A DNA stretch of 64,000 nucleotides from Candidatus Acidiferrales bacterium (GTDB lineage: Bacteria > Bacteroidota > Ignavibacteria > Kryptoniales > JAKASW01): contig DATJAY010000012.1 in the NCBI GenBank assembly GCA_035515795.1, positions 24,532-88,531 of the forward strand. Direction: 5' to 3'. Position numbers and translations under genes: made by a program. The stretch's first letter is position 1. Each line of letters starts with the position of its first letter. Positions 45,057 to 54,786 of this stretch are shown one piece after another. The notes beneath the pieces were generated by a model that had not been told where the DNA came from, ran no database searches, and saw nothing but the letters and a program-made list of their open reading frames with translations.

Positions 45057-45863
45057 TCAGAACGCCCAGCGCCAGTGATCATCCCAGTCGCCGCATCTTC
45101 CGTTATTGAACGAAGCTCTTATCGCCTGCTGGATCATAAGGTAAGTGCGCAGCGACATGTCCGTCGGATCCAGAATGGCTCCGTTGAACGGATTGACGAA
45201 CCATGATCCCATGTTGAAGTTGAGCGCAACGTTCACCATCGTTGTCGGATTCGTAATCGTGAAGGTCCCTCTCACCTTGAACTCAAGGTTCTGATTGTCT
45301 TTGAATTCGAACGGAACCCACGCGGTGTCTTTATGAACCGCTCCCCAGACTACTATCGAGTAGTTTGTCGTAGAGGAGTCGTCCGTGCTGCCGGGCTTGT
45401 GATTAAAGTCGTCGCTGTCCCAAAATCTCTCGGCAGGTGCGAGCCTGTGAATATCGAATTTTATTCCAGTATAAGTTCCTGCCGGGAGGGTATCGCTGGC
45501 AAAACTTATCGCTGCAGTATCGCCCACGTGTACCGCGAAGGGTCCGCGGAAAGTCACGCTGGAGTTGTCCTCATCGACGTTGATGAACGGGATGCTCGTG
45601 CTGGTATCAACCGTGACCGTATCGATGTCGGACTCAAACCTTATTCTCGCGAAGACTACGATCGCACTGTCGATGCGTATAGAATCTACTCCGGCCGTTG
45701 TGGCGCTTGCTTTCTTAAACCCAACCGGCGTACCTGTATTTGAAAACGCGACCGACATAGTAACATTCCCTGATGAAGATGAGGAAACGGGGTTGGTCGT
45801 CTTTGTACATCCGAAAACAATGAATGAAATTAAAAGACAGCCTATCGCTTTCCGAAAAGACAT
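45057..45863 (-). CDS. Hypothetical lipoprotein
   Basis: The internal ATG at 45863 gives MSFRKAIGCLLISFIVFGC with lipobox FGC. The composition suggests a beta-rich protein. The tracked start at 46001 adds an implausible leader. Confidence 0.6.
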   Translation of the reverse strand: MSFRKAIGCLLISFIVFGCTKTTNPVSSSSSGNVTMSVAFSNTGTPVGFKKASATTAGVDSIRIDSAIVVFARIRFESDIDTVTVDTSTSIPFINVDEDNSSVTFRGPFAVHVGDTAAISFASDTLPAGTYTGIKFDIHRLAPAERFWDSDDFNHKPGSTDDSSTTNYSIVVWGAVHKDTAWVPFEFKDNQNLEFKVRGTFTITNPTTMVNVALNFNMGSWFVNPFNGAILDPTDMSLRTYLMIQQAIRASFNNGRCGDWDDHWRWAF

Positions 45864-46126
45864 ATTTCTCTCCTTTTCTTTTTCTGCATAATGTTCATTT
45901 GATGTGCCGAAAAAAATAGACGAAAATGATTTGTTTTGGTTTAAATGTTCTTGAGAGGGCGAAAAGATTGCTCGGTTTCCGTGCAAAGTTTGCACGCGCA
46001 TGTCAGTTGGGTTTTTGAAGGAAGGGATAATTTTTCAGCAGCAGCGCGGACCGTTGCTGCGGTCGGAGAAAAATCCTTTCAGGAATTCTCTGAACGCGTC
46101 CCAGAAGCGCATTATGAGAAAATTGT

Positions 46127-46207
46127 CATTGCGAGGAACGGAGTGACGAAGCAATCCCTTTGTCTCGCCATAATAAACATGGGGATTGCTTCGCTTCGTT
46201 CGCAATG
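46127..46207 (-). terminator. Long bipartite hairpin 31 nt downstream of the carA stop
   Basis: The outer stem is 8 bp: cattgcga (46127-34) with tcgcaatg (46200-07). The inner stem is 12-13 bp: cgaagcaatccc (46147-58) with gggattgcttcg (46182-93). The loop is 21 nt. On the minus strand it is followed by acaattttctc. Confidence 0.35.
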
Positions 46208-46237
46208 ACACGTGCCCCTCTCTTTTTTGCCTCTCTC

Positions 46238-47368
46238 TCATTTTGCTGCAACGCTAGTTTGTGTATGCGTCAAGGCAGTCTTCGTCTCCATGATAGACAT
46301 GAAATTGTCGAAGAGGTAATCGCTGTCGTGGGGGCCCGGTGACGCTTCAGGATGATACTGCACGCAGAAAAGCGGCAGACTCCTGTGGCGAAATCCCTCG
46401 AGCACATTGTCGTTCAAGTCTATGTGAGTCACCTCGTAATCGGAAGGGAGACTACCGGGGTCGACTGCGAAACCATGGTTGTGCGAGGTGACTTCGACTG
46501 TTTCGTTCAACAAATTTTTCACGGGGTGGTTCGCGCCGCGGTGACCGAATTTAAGCTTATAAGTTTTTGCGCCGGCCGCAAGCGCGAGTATCTGATGTCC
46601 GAGACAAATTCCGAAAATCGGTTTACGCCCGATAAGCTTCTTCACGTTTTCAATCGCGTAAGTGACTGCTGCTGGATCGCCGGGTCCGTTCGAAAGAAAG
46701 ACTCCGTCCGGGTTGAGCTTCAAGACTTCTTCTGCCGGGAGACTTGCAGGGACAACGGTTACATCGCAGTGCCGTTCATGAAGCTTGCGGAGGATGTTTG
46801 TCTTGATGCCGTAGTCATATGCAACGACTCTGAAGCCCTTCTCGGTATCATCTTTTCCGTTTGAAGAATATTTGTACTGGTTTTTTGTGGTGACGACCTT
46901 TGCCAGGTCGAGGCCGGACATCGATGGAAACTTCTTTGCCTTCACGACGAGCGATTTGTCGTCGAGGTCGGTGGTAGAGATTACCGCGTTCATTGCACCG
47001 GTGGTCCGGATGATCCGTGTCAGCCTGCGCGTGTCGATGTTTTCGATCCCGACTATATCGTTCCGCTTGAGGTAATCTCCGAGGCTTTCCGTCGCGCGGA
47101 AGTTGCTGTAGAATTTACTGTATTCTCTGACGACAAATCCTGCGACCTGAGGCTTTGCGGACTCGACGTCTTCTGGATTTACGCCGTAGTTTCCGATATG
47201 AGGATAAGTCATCGTGACGATCTGACCGCAGTAAGATGGGTCAGTGAGAATTTCCTGATAGCCGATCATGCTTGTGTTGAACACAATTTCTCCCGCCGTT
47301 TCGCCGGAACCTCCGAACGATTCGCCGGTGAAGACAATTCCGTTTTCAAGTGCCAACTTAGCTATCAA
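46238..47368 (-). CDS. carA: Carbamoyl-phosphate synthase small (glutaminase) subunit
   Basis: GICLGHQ active site and the [21 protein letters not shown] motif. The start is TTG with ggag 8 nt upstream. Confidence 0.95.
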   Translation of the reverse strand: MIAKLALENGIVFTGESFGGSGETAGEIVFNTSMIGYQEILTDPSYCGQIVTMTYPHIGNYGVNPEDVESAKPQVAGFVVREYSKFYSNFRATESLGDYLKRNDIVGIENIDTRRLTRIIRTTGAMNAVISTTDLDDKSLVVKAKKFPSMSGLDLAKVVTTKNQYKYSSNGKDDTEKGFRVVAYDYGIKTNILRKLHERHCDVTVVPASLPAEEVLKLNPDGVFLSNGPGDPAAVTYAIENVKKLIGRKPIFGICLGHQILALAAGAKTYKLKFGHRGANHPVKNLLNETVEVTSHNHGFAVDPGSLPSDYEVTHIDLNDNVLEGFRHRSLPLFCVQYHPEASPGPHDSDYLFDNFMSIMETKTALTHTQTSVAAK

Positions 47369-47627
47369 TTATTTTCTCCGTGCTTTTATTAAAAATACGA
47401 ATCGGAAATGTTGATTACAATCCGAAGCGAGCGAAAACTCTAAATCGTAATCACTGGACTTTAAACAAATCGTAAATTCAAAGGCCGAAGGTTCAAAACT
47501 ATCAAAGGTGTAAGGAAGCGAATTTTGAAATTTAGGATTCTGGATTTTCGGCGTGTCTAAGATTTCCTATTTAGAATCTACTTCCTTTAAAATTGCTTTT
47601 GTGCCATCGATTTTCTATGTTTTGTAC

Positions 47628-48350
47628 ATGAAAAGAAAACCTAAAACCAAATCTGTTTCTAAAGCTAGATCTAAACCCAAGCCCAAACGAATCATCCACA
47701 AGAAGAAAGTGTCGAGCGTGAGGGTTGTTCGAGACTGGGCCAAGGCTATGAATCCTATCTTCGAGAACTACGGACAAAGGAAGCACCCGCTGGATTACAG
47801 GAACAAATACCAACTTATGGTCATGGTTGTTCTGTCGGCAAGAGACTCGGATAGGCACATAAACTCTATTGCGCCAGCTCTCTTTGAGAAATATCCGTCG
47901 ATGAGGGAGCTGTCGAAATTGGAGCCGGAAGATCTCTATCCGTACATTAATACGGTCACAAACTTTCCTAACAAGGCAAAATGGATTACTTCAATTGCTA
48001 AGGCAGTTGGCGATGACGAGAGTATTCCGTCTACCCTTGACGAGTTGACGAAGCTTCCGGGAATAGGAAGAAAGTCTGCGAATGTAATCATCAGCGAGTC
48101 AGGCGGGATAGCCGAAGGAGTTATCGTCGATTTGCACGTTCTCCGAGTCGCACCGAGGATTGGAATCGCAAAGGGCACCAATCCGGAAAAAATCGAGAAG
48201 CAGATCATGGAGAAAGTGCCCCAAGAATATTGGAGGGCAGCGGGAATGGGCATGTCTTTTCTCGGAAGGGAAATCTGCCGCCCTAAGAATCCGAAATGCG
48301 AAGAATGCGTCGTCAATAAAGTATGTGAATATTATGCGGCCCTGAAGTGA
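47628..48350 (+). CDS. nth: Endonuclease III (Nth) with a Lys-rich N-terminal extension
   Basis: HhH motif LTKLPGIGRKSANVI and a 4Fe-4S cluster CRPKNPKCEECVVNKVC. I prefer the ATG at 47628. The tracked start is 47553. Confidence 0.9.
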   Translation: MKRKPKTKSVSKARSKPKPKRIIHKKKVSSVRVVRDWAKAMNPIFENYGQRKHPLDYRNKYQLMVMVVLSARDSDRHINSIAPALFEKYPSMRELSKLEPEDLYPYINTVTNFPNKAKWITSIAKAVGDDESIPSTLDELTKLPGIGRKSANVIISESGGIAEGVIVDLHVLRVAPRIGIAKGTNPEKIEKQIMEKVPQEYWRAAGMGMSFLGREICRPKNPKCEECVVNKVCEYYAALK

Positions 48351-48514
48351 TCGGATGCGGCGGCACGGAAAATATTAAAGTCTTGCCGGCGAAAATTTAT
48401 GAGGCGGTTGCATCTTCACTTCATCTTTCCAATATTTAAGCGAGAAAATGCCGCGATACGGCATCCCGCGCACATTATCGGTTCTAAATCAGCGGGAATG
48501 GTTCTAACTTTTAA

Positions 48515-48865
<351 letters not shown>

Positions 48866-48922
48866 CAATTCCAGTGAAAAGTTGAAAGCTCTTCGCGGTT
48901 CGCTCTTCACTATCGGTTTAAC

Positions 48923-49813
48923 ATGAGCTTCAAAGCCGGTTACGTTGCACTTGTCGGTGAGCCGAACGTGGGGAAGTCGACTCTGCTGAACGGGCTCCTC
49001 GGTCAAAAACTTTCGATTGTAACTCCCAAGCCTCAGACAACACGCCACAAGATCGCGGGTATCCTCACCAAGCAAGATTTTCAAATTGTCTTCCTCGATA
49101 CACCCGGACTAATCAAGCCGAGGTACGCGCTTCAGGAAGTGATGATGGCTTTCTCGAACGCGGCGCTCCATGATGCAGACATCGTCGTTTTCATTCTCGA
49201 CGCGAGCGGCGCGGCCAAATCGTTGAAAAACTTAAGCGTCCTCAGCCGGTCGTTCCCGAAGGGTACGCCGGTCTTTCTTGCGTTGAACAAAATCGATCTC
49301 GTGAAGAAGAACGAAATACTTCCTCTCATTCATTCTGCGAACGAGGTTTACCCTTTCAAAGAGATCATTCCGGTTTCTGCTCTCACCGGTGAAAATCTTG
49401 AGGACCTTGAAAATACCATCGTGAAATACCTGCCGGATGGGCACGCGTTTTATCCCGAAGATTATGTGAGCGACCGCGACGAAAGATTTTTCGTAAGCGA
49501 GCTGGTGCGCGAAGAGATTTTTAAAACGTTCAAAGAGGAAGTGCCGTACTCTACGACGGTCGAGATTGAGGAGTTCAGAGAAAAGGATGACGAACGCAAA
49601 ACTTACATCCGTGCTATCATCTATGTCGAGAAGGAATCCCAGAAAGGAATAATCATAGGCAAAAAAGGTGCGGCGCTGAAGCAGATCGGGCAAGAATCAA
49701 GAAAACAAATAGAAGAACTGATCGGCCACGAAGTGTTTCTCGAGCTGTTCGTCAAGGTGAGGGATGGATGGAGGGACGATAAGAAGACATTATCACGTCT
49801 GGGGTATAAGTAA
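48923..49813 (+). CDS. era: GTPase Era
   Basis: G1 GEPNVGKSTLLN, G3 DTPG, G4 NKID, and a C-terminal KH domain (GIIIGKKGAALKQIG). Confidence 0.95.
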   Translation: MSFKAGYVALVGEPNVGKSTLLNGLLGQKLSIVTPKPQTTRHKIAGILTKQDFQIVFLDTPGLIKPRYALQEVMMAFSNAALHDADIVVFILDASGAAKSLKNLSVLSRSFPKGTPVFLALNKIDLVKKNEILPLIHSANEVYPFKEIIPVSALTGENLEDLENTIVKYLPDGHAFYPEDYVSDRDERFFVSELVREEIFKTFKEEVPYSTTVEIEEFREKDDERKTYIRAIIYVEKESQKGIIIGKKGAALKQIGQESRKQIEELIGHEVFLELFVKVRDGWRDDKKTLSRLGYK

Positions 49814-49897
49814 TAAGAGGCCGGAAGATGGAAGCGAGAGGCAAGCGATGTTGCATCGGGGGATTTTAGTTTCAAGGCTCGGGTTTTATCTTATATC

Positions 49898-50659
49898 ATG
49901 CCTCGTGGTGAAGTCTTAGTCTCAATCCTGAACAATGAAGATGATCTTGAGATACTAAGAAAAAATCTCTGGTATCGTATCCCTGTCAGCAGCGCGAAAA
50001 AATGGTTAAGCAAGCGCTGGCCTCCTGAATTGATGGCTTTTTATCAGACCAGCATTTTCGGAAAAGAAAAGTATTCTATCCGCTATTACGGGAAGGTAAA
50101 AGAGATAAGGGAAGCGCGCCGGTGTGAACTCTTTCCAAACGAAGCTGACAATCCCAAGACGGCCCGTCTTTATTACAAGATTGTTCTTTCTTCTCTGGAA
50201 CAACTAGAGAAACCGATCAGAAGCAACAGGGGGAGGCGTCTGATTTTCATTCCCACAACGTTTAAGAAATTCCAGAAGGCCACGGAAATAAATGACTTGT
50301 TCGATGAGAGCAAGCTTGAGGATAGGCTGTGGGCGGGATTCAAGAAAATGAAGATCGCGGCTGAAAGACAAATGTTCGTCCGGCCGGTGGGGAAATTCTG
50401 TGCGTTGGATTTTGCATTGTATTGTGAGGAAGGCAAAATGGATGTCGAGACGGACGGAGATTATTGGCATGCGAATCCCGAGAGAGCGGCGGCAGATAAT
50501 TTCCGCGACAACAGTTTGAAGACGGCAGGCTGGGATGTTCTCAGATTCAACGGACGCCAGATAAACGATCATCTCTACGATTATTGCATTCCGACGATTA
50601 GTTCCAACATCCGGAAGTTAGGCGGCGTGCACAAGAGCAGAATCAGGTTCGACGAATGA
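49898..50659 (+). CDS. DUF559/Vsr-like PD-(D/E)xK nuclease domain protein with an uncharacterised N-terminal domain
   Basis: The C-terminus reads LDFALYCEEGKMDVETDGDYWHANPERAAADNFRDNSLKTAGWDVLRF. I do not recognise the ~140-aa N-terminus (LWYRIPV...). Confidence 0.7.
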   Translation: MPRGEVLVSILNNEDDLEILRKNLWYRIPVSSAKKWLSKRWPPELMAFYQTSIFGKEKYSIRYYGKVKEIREARRCELFPNEADNPKTARLYYKIVLSSLEQLEKPIRSNRGRRLIFIPTTFKKFQKATEINDLFDESKLEDRLWAGFKKMKIAAERQMFVRPVGKFCALDFALYCEEGKMDVETDGDYWHANPERAAADNFRDNSLKTAGWDVLRFNGRQINDHLYDYCIPTISSNIRKLGGVHKSRIRFDE

Positions 50660-50685
50660 GCATAAAGAAATCAAGGAGAAAAACC

Positions 50686-51996
50686 ATGGAGAAGGTTCCG
50701 CATGCGGGCGCGGCTGTCAAACCGTTTAAAGCAGTACACTACAACCTCAGCAATCTTTCGGAAGTCGTCGCGCCGCCTTATGACGTGATCGATAAGAAGC
50801 GTCAGAACAGCCTTTACGAGAAAGATCCCAACAACATCATAAGGCTCGATCTGAATCGCGAGACAAATCCATATCAGGCAGCGGCAGCAGAGATGCAGAG
50901 GATGCTGAAAGAAAAAATTCTCGTGCAGGATAGTGAGCCGGCGATATATCCTTACTTCCAGACATTTGATACTCAGAGCGGGGAATCGGTTACGCGCCGC
51001 GGTTTTGTGTCGTGGATCAAGTTGGAGCCGTTTGAAGCCGGCGTCGTTCTTCCGCATGAACACACGCTGTCGGGACCGAAGATTGACCGGCTGAATCTGA
51101 TGACCTCAACGAAAGCTTCGTTCAGCCAGATATTCAGTCTTTACGGCGATGGGAATAAGGTCGCTGAAAAGGAATATGACAAGTTGAGAATCGCGAAACC
51201 GTATTTGGAAGCCGACTACGATGGAGTGAATAACAAAATTTACCGTATCACCGATATGGGCATCGTGAAGACCTTTCAAAACGTCATGAGCAAGATGGCT
51301 GTTTACATAGCCGACGGCCATCACAGGTACGAGACGGCTTTGGAATACCAGAAGTTGATGCGCGCGAAGAGTCGGAAACAGGACGGCGAAGCGGCGTACG
51401 ACTATATAATGATGTACTTCACGAATATCTTCGATTCAGGGCTTGTCGTTTATCCGACCCACAGGATTATTCACAGTTTGAGCAGTTTCGATTCGGGAAA
51501 GTTCTTACAGGCAACGAAGAATTACTTTGATTTGGATCCCAAGTCTGACGTCGGAGAATTAGCAGACTCACTCGCACCCGCCGGCGCCCATTCTTTCGGA
51601 ATGATACTTCCTCAAAAGAAATATTTTCTCATGACGTTGAAGCGAGGCGTGGATGTTCTTTCGATTGTGAAGGAAGACGCTCCCGCACCTGTGAAGAGGC
51701 TCGATGTCACGCTGCTCCACGATGTCGTTCTCGGGCAGACGCTCGGGATATCGAAGGAAGCGCAGGAGAAAAAGTTGAACATCAACTACACCATCGATAA
51801 GAATGAAGTTGATAGCGCGGTTCAGTTCCCGCAGGCGGGATCTTCGACCGGCAAAGGTCAGATCGGATTCCTCCTCAATCCTACCAAAGTAGAACAGGTT
51901 CGCGAGGTCGCGGATGCAGGCGCCGTCATGCCGCAGAAGTCGACTTACTTTTATCCGAAGCTTCTGTCGGGGATGCTGATTAGTAGTCTTGAATAG
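50686..51996 (+). CDS. DUF1015 family protein
   Basis: VKPFKAVHYN near the N-terminus, YIADGHHRYETAL and YPTHRI. An alternative ATG at 50656 would overlap the upstream stop (ATGA). Confidence 0.8.
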   Translation: MEKVPHAGAAVKPFKAVHYNLSNLSEVVAPPYDVIDKKRQNSLYEKDPNNIIRLDLNRETNPYQAAAAEMQRMLKEKILVQDSEPAIYPYFQTFDTQSGESVTRRGFVSWIKLEPFEAGVVLPHEHTLSGPKIDRLNLMTSTKASFSQIFSLYGDGNKVAEKEYDKLRIAKPYLEADYDGVNNKIYRITDMGIVKTFQNVMSKMAVYIADGHHRYETALEYQKLMRAKSRKQDGEAAYDYIMMYFTNIFDSGLVVYPTHRIIHSLSSFDSGKFLQATKNYFDLDPKSDVGELADSLAPAGAHSFGMILPQKKYFLMTLKRGVDVLSIVKEDAPAPVKRLDVTLLHDVVLGQTLGISKEAQEKKLNINYTIDKNEVDSAVQFPQAGSSTGKGQIGFLLNPTKVEQVREVADAGAVMPQKSTYFYPKLLSGMLISSLE

Positions 51997-52022
51997 AACC
52001 GCGACTTAAGTCGTGGGTTCTA
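51994..52022. terminator. Bidirectional hairpin between convergent genes
   Basis: tagaacc-g-cgactt/aagtcg-t-ggttcta forms a near-perfect 29-nt palindrome. There is no clear U-tract. Confidence 0.4.
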
Positions 52023-52034
52023 CATGAATCTTAG

Positions 52035-53354
52035 TTACTTGATTACGAGATTTATCTCTTTGAAAGTCGTGCCATCGGCACCCGTATTGACGCCGTTCGT
52101 GTATTCGCTGAAGTGATATTGCAGATCAAGGTGATCGGCTAAGAAGGCGAGAGGTCCATCCTCGATGTCAACTATATCAAAAGCTGCAAGTAACTTGAGA
52201 AGTCCACTTAGCTTGACGCTCGTTCCAAGAGTAGAATAGGAATATCCGATTCCTTGATAGGTAACTCCAAATGGAAATTCCACACCTTCAAAGGAGCCGC
52301 CGCGGACGTAAAGGAATTCCGCCAATTGTACCTGCCAACCTTTTCGCAAGGCGACTTTCCCGTATGTCCTTCCAAGAATCAGGTTGTCGATAGGCTCAAT
52401 GTCGCCGATGCCGGATTTATAAAAGTTCTCGTAGGAATATCCATATCCATTATTGCTTACTGGGGTTATGGCAATCAGTTTTGCTGCGGCAAGGAGATCC
52501 TCTGCTTCCCTGGCCCAGATAAACGAAAACAGATTCCAGTTTCTGTTCTTGATATCCGTCTTTATGCCGATTTCGAAATTTAATCCAAGGGTTGCGGTTC
52601 GGGGTAAAAGCGGGCTCGGTGGATAGGACACGTATTCCCCTATGTTGCGTCTCGCGTATCCTATGTTTATGTTAAATATGGGGCTCATATCTGGCGACAG
52701 AATAATCGGTTGATCGGCAAGATGAGAGGCAATTTCCACAACTGGTATCTGTGCCATGATACCGTAGTCATGAGCATTTGCTTTGGGGCTGAGTTGGTTC
52801 CCGGTCGAATCAAGACCTGCTTCTTCTAAAGCTACACTTTTGAAAGTATACCCTAATCCCAATTTCACGAACCAATCGAATCCTACTCCGATGGCGTAAT
52901 CTTCTTGTCTCTCCGACAGGTGGAAGAAACCAGACGTGTCCATCTGCGCAGTCGTCCATTCAACTGTTCCTTGATCAAGAAATACTCTTGAATAACCTGC
53001 GCCTAAGCTGCATTGAAGAGGAAGTTTCAAAAAGTTTCCTAAATTCATCCCGATGTTTGCCGCTGAGGTATTCAAAGAATGATCACTCGTCCACGAGATA
53101 TTTGGCAGCCAGGGGGTTTTTTCTACATATATGCTTGTGTTCAAAAATCCGGTGAGGCTGAAAAGACCGAGCTGAGCCGGGTTCGCGATCGTCGCAGTTG
53201 CATTGTCAGAAGGAAGAGACGCGGCGATTCCCGCCATTCCATTCGCATCGGCGGAAGGTTGAATCTCCATGACTCCAGCGTCAAGTAGTCCTTGAGCATC
53301 TGCAATTTGGATTGTTGCGCTAAAGAGGCACAACACCAAAAGAATTCTTTTCAT
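52035..53354 (-). CDS. PorV-like outer-membrane beta-barrel protein, copy 1
   Basis: The signal peptide starts at the internal ATG (MKRILLVLCLFSATIQIADAQG). The N-terminal motif is ADANGMAGIAASLPSDNATATIANPAQLGLF. It is a paralog of the next gene. Confidence 0.55.
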   Translation of the reverse strand: MKRILLVLCLFSATIQIADAQGLLDAGVMEIQPSADANGMAGIAASLPSDNATATIANPAQLGLFSLTGFLNTSIYVEKTPWLPNISWTSDHSLNTSAANIGMNLGNFLKLPLQCSLGAGYSRVFLDQGTVEWTTAQMDTSGFFHLSERQEDYAIGVGFDWFVKLGLGYTFKSVALEEAGLDSTGNQLSPKANAHDYGIMAQIPVVEIASHLADQPIILSPDMSPIFNINIGYARRNIGEYVSYPPSPLLPRTATLGLNFEIGIKTDIKNRNWNLFSFIWAREAEDLLAAAKLIAITPVSNNGYGYSYENFYKSGIGDIEPIDNLILGRTYGKVALRKGWQVQLAEFLYVRGGSFEGVEFPFGVTYQGIGYSYSTLGTSVKLSGLLKLLAAFDIVDIEDGPLAFLADHLDLQYHFSEYTNGVNTGADGTTFKEINLVIK

Positions 53355-53405
53355 TTTTCGACCTCGTTCTTTGTTTGATCGCAAATGTTTCTTGTTGATG
53401 GAATA

Positions 53406-54680
53406 TCATTTCAGGACTATGTTTATTGACTGAAATGTTGTTCCACTAATGAGGCTGTTTACACTGCTCATGTAGTTGCTGAAATGGTACTGGAGATCTA
53501 AATGATTGAGGAAGTAAGAAAATAATTTTGAATCCGGTTCAATAATGTTCAACGACGCAAGAAGCTGTAAAAATCCGTTCAACTTGAAGCTCTCGCCATA
53601 AGTGGAGTAAATAAGTTCTCCTGACGCCGTGTATGATCCACCGCGGATATATAGGCACTCTGCAATTTGGAACTGCCAACCTGTTTGTAAATAAATTTGC
53701 CCGAATGTTTCGCCGAGAACGAGATTGTCGAAAGGTCTGATGCCGCCAAGGCCGTTCTTGTATGAAATGGTTCTTGTGTACGGGCTGTCATTCGCAGAAG
53801 AGACATTTACAAGAATGTCTTCAGCTTCCCGTCCCCATGTAAATGTCAGTACCTTCCATGGTTTGTTTTTCACTTCTGATTTCAGGCCAATCTCGAAATT
53901 CCATCCGAGTACGCCTTGACGTGGGAGCGGATCGGATTGCCCCTGGATGCCGTAGTTAACTTCACCTCCAACATTTCTTCTTGCATAGCCAAACGTTAAA
54001 TCGAACATCGGAGAAATTTTCCCATTACACCTGATCGGTGTCTCGTATGCATCGGAAATAATATCCACTACAGGTACCTGCAGGATGGCTCCGTAGTCGT
54101 GCGCGGGAAGTTTTGCTGCGCCTACGCCCGAATCCTGAGGTGCTAATTCTGAATCTATCCACTTGAAACTGTAACCTAAGCTGAGCTTCACTTTGTAATC
54201 AATTCCAATCCCGAAAGAAAGGTTGTCCGACTTTTCGTAAGCGTGCCATGTTCCGATTGGAGTCGGAGCGTAGGGCGAGGTCTCTGTGAAATTTCCCAAA
54301 TCAAAATAGACCTGTGAATATCCTATTCCTAGACTGATCGGTGCAGGAAGAGCAAAATATTTGTTGAAGTTCATTCCGGCATTGAATGCAGTAGCGTCTA
54401 AGCTGAGATCATTCGAGAAACTCGGCAGCCATGGTGTCTTTGGGCTATATGTGCCGGCGTTAAACAAATTATCCAAACTGAAAATCCCGAGCTGTGCCGG
54501 ATTTGAAATCGTGGAGATTGCATCGTCTGAAATTAATGATGCTCCGATTCCGCCCATGCCGTTTCCTTCGGCAGAAATAGGGATCATTAGAAAAGGGACT
54601 CCAGTTTCAACTTGGCCATAACTCTCTGCGGTGCCGAGAATCGCAAATGCTAAAAGAATTATCCAAAGGCTGTGACCCAC
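53406..54680 (-). CDS. PorV-like outer-membrane beta-barrel protein, copy 2
   Basis: GVPFLMIPISAEGNGMGGIGASLISDDAISTISNPAQLGIF matches my recollection of the PorV N-terminal signature. The start is GTG with AGGAGG 4 nt upstream. Confidence 0.55.
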   Translation of the reverse strand: MGHSLWIILLAFAILGTAESYGQVETGVPFLMIPISAEGNGMGGIGASLISDDAISTISNPAQLGIFSLDNLFNAGTYSPKTPWLPSFSNDLSLDATAFNAGMNFNKYFALPAPISLGIGYSQVYFDLGNFTETSPYAPTPIGTWHAYEKSDNLSFGIGIDYKVKLSLGYSFKWIDSELAPQDSGVGAAKLPAHDYGAILQVPVVDIISDAYETPIRCNGKISPMFDLTFGYARRNVGGEVNYGIQGQSDPLPRQGVLGWNFEIGLKSEVKNKPWKVLTFTWGREAEDILVNVSSANDSPYTRTISYKNGLGGIRPFDNLVLGETFGQIYLQTGWQFQIAECLYIRGGSYTASGELIYSTYGESFKLNGFLQLLASLNIIEPDSKLFSYFLNHLDLQYHFSNYMSSVNSLISGTTFQSINIVLK

Positions 54681-54786
54681 ATGACCTCCTTTTTCTTCCT
54701 TGAAAATATAGATGACACCATCGTCGATGTCAATCCCTGCGGGCCGTGAGCTATGAGCTATCCGCTAATTTGTTTATCTTTAATAT

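Noticed and set aside
45945-46241. 87-aa plus-strand and 68-aa minus-strand ORFs between the lipoprotein gene and carA
   Set aside because: Both run through the 81-nt hairpin and have no motifs. They are probably chance ORFs in a regulatory or terminator region.
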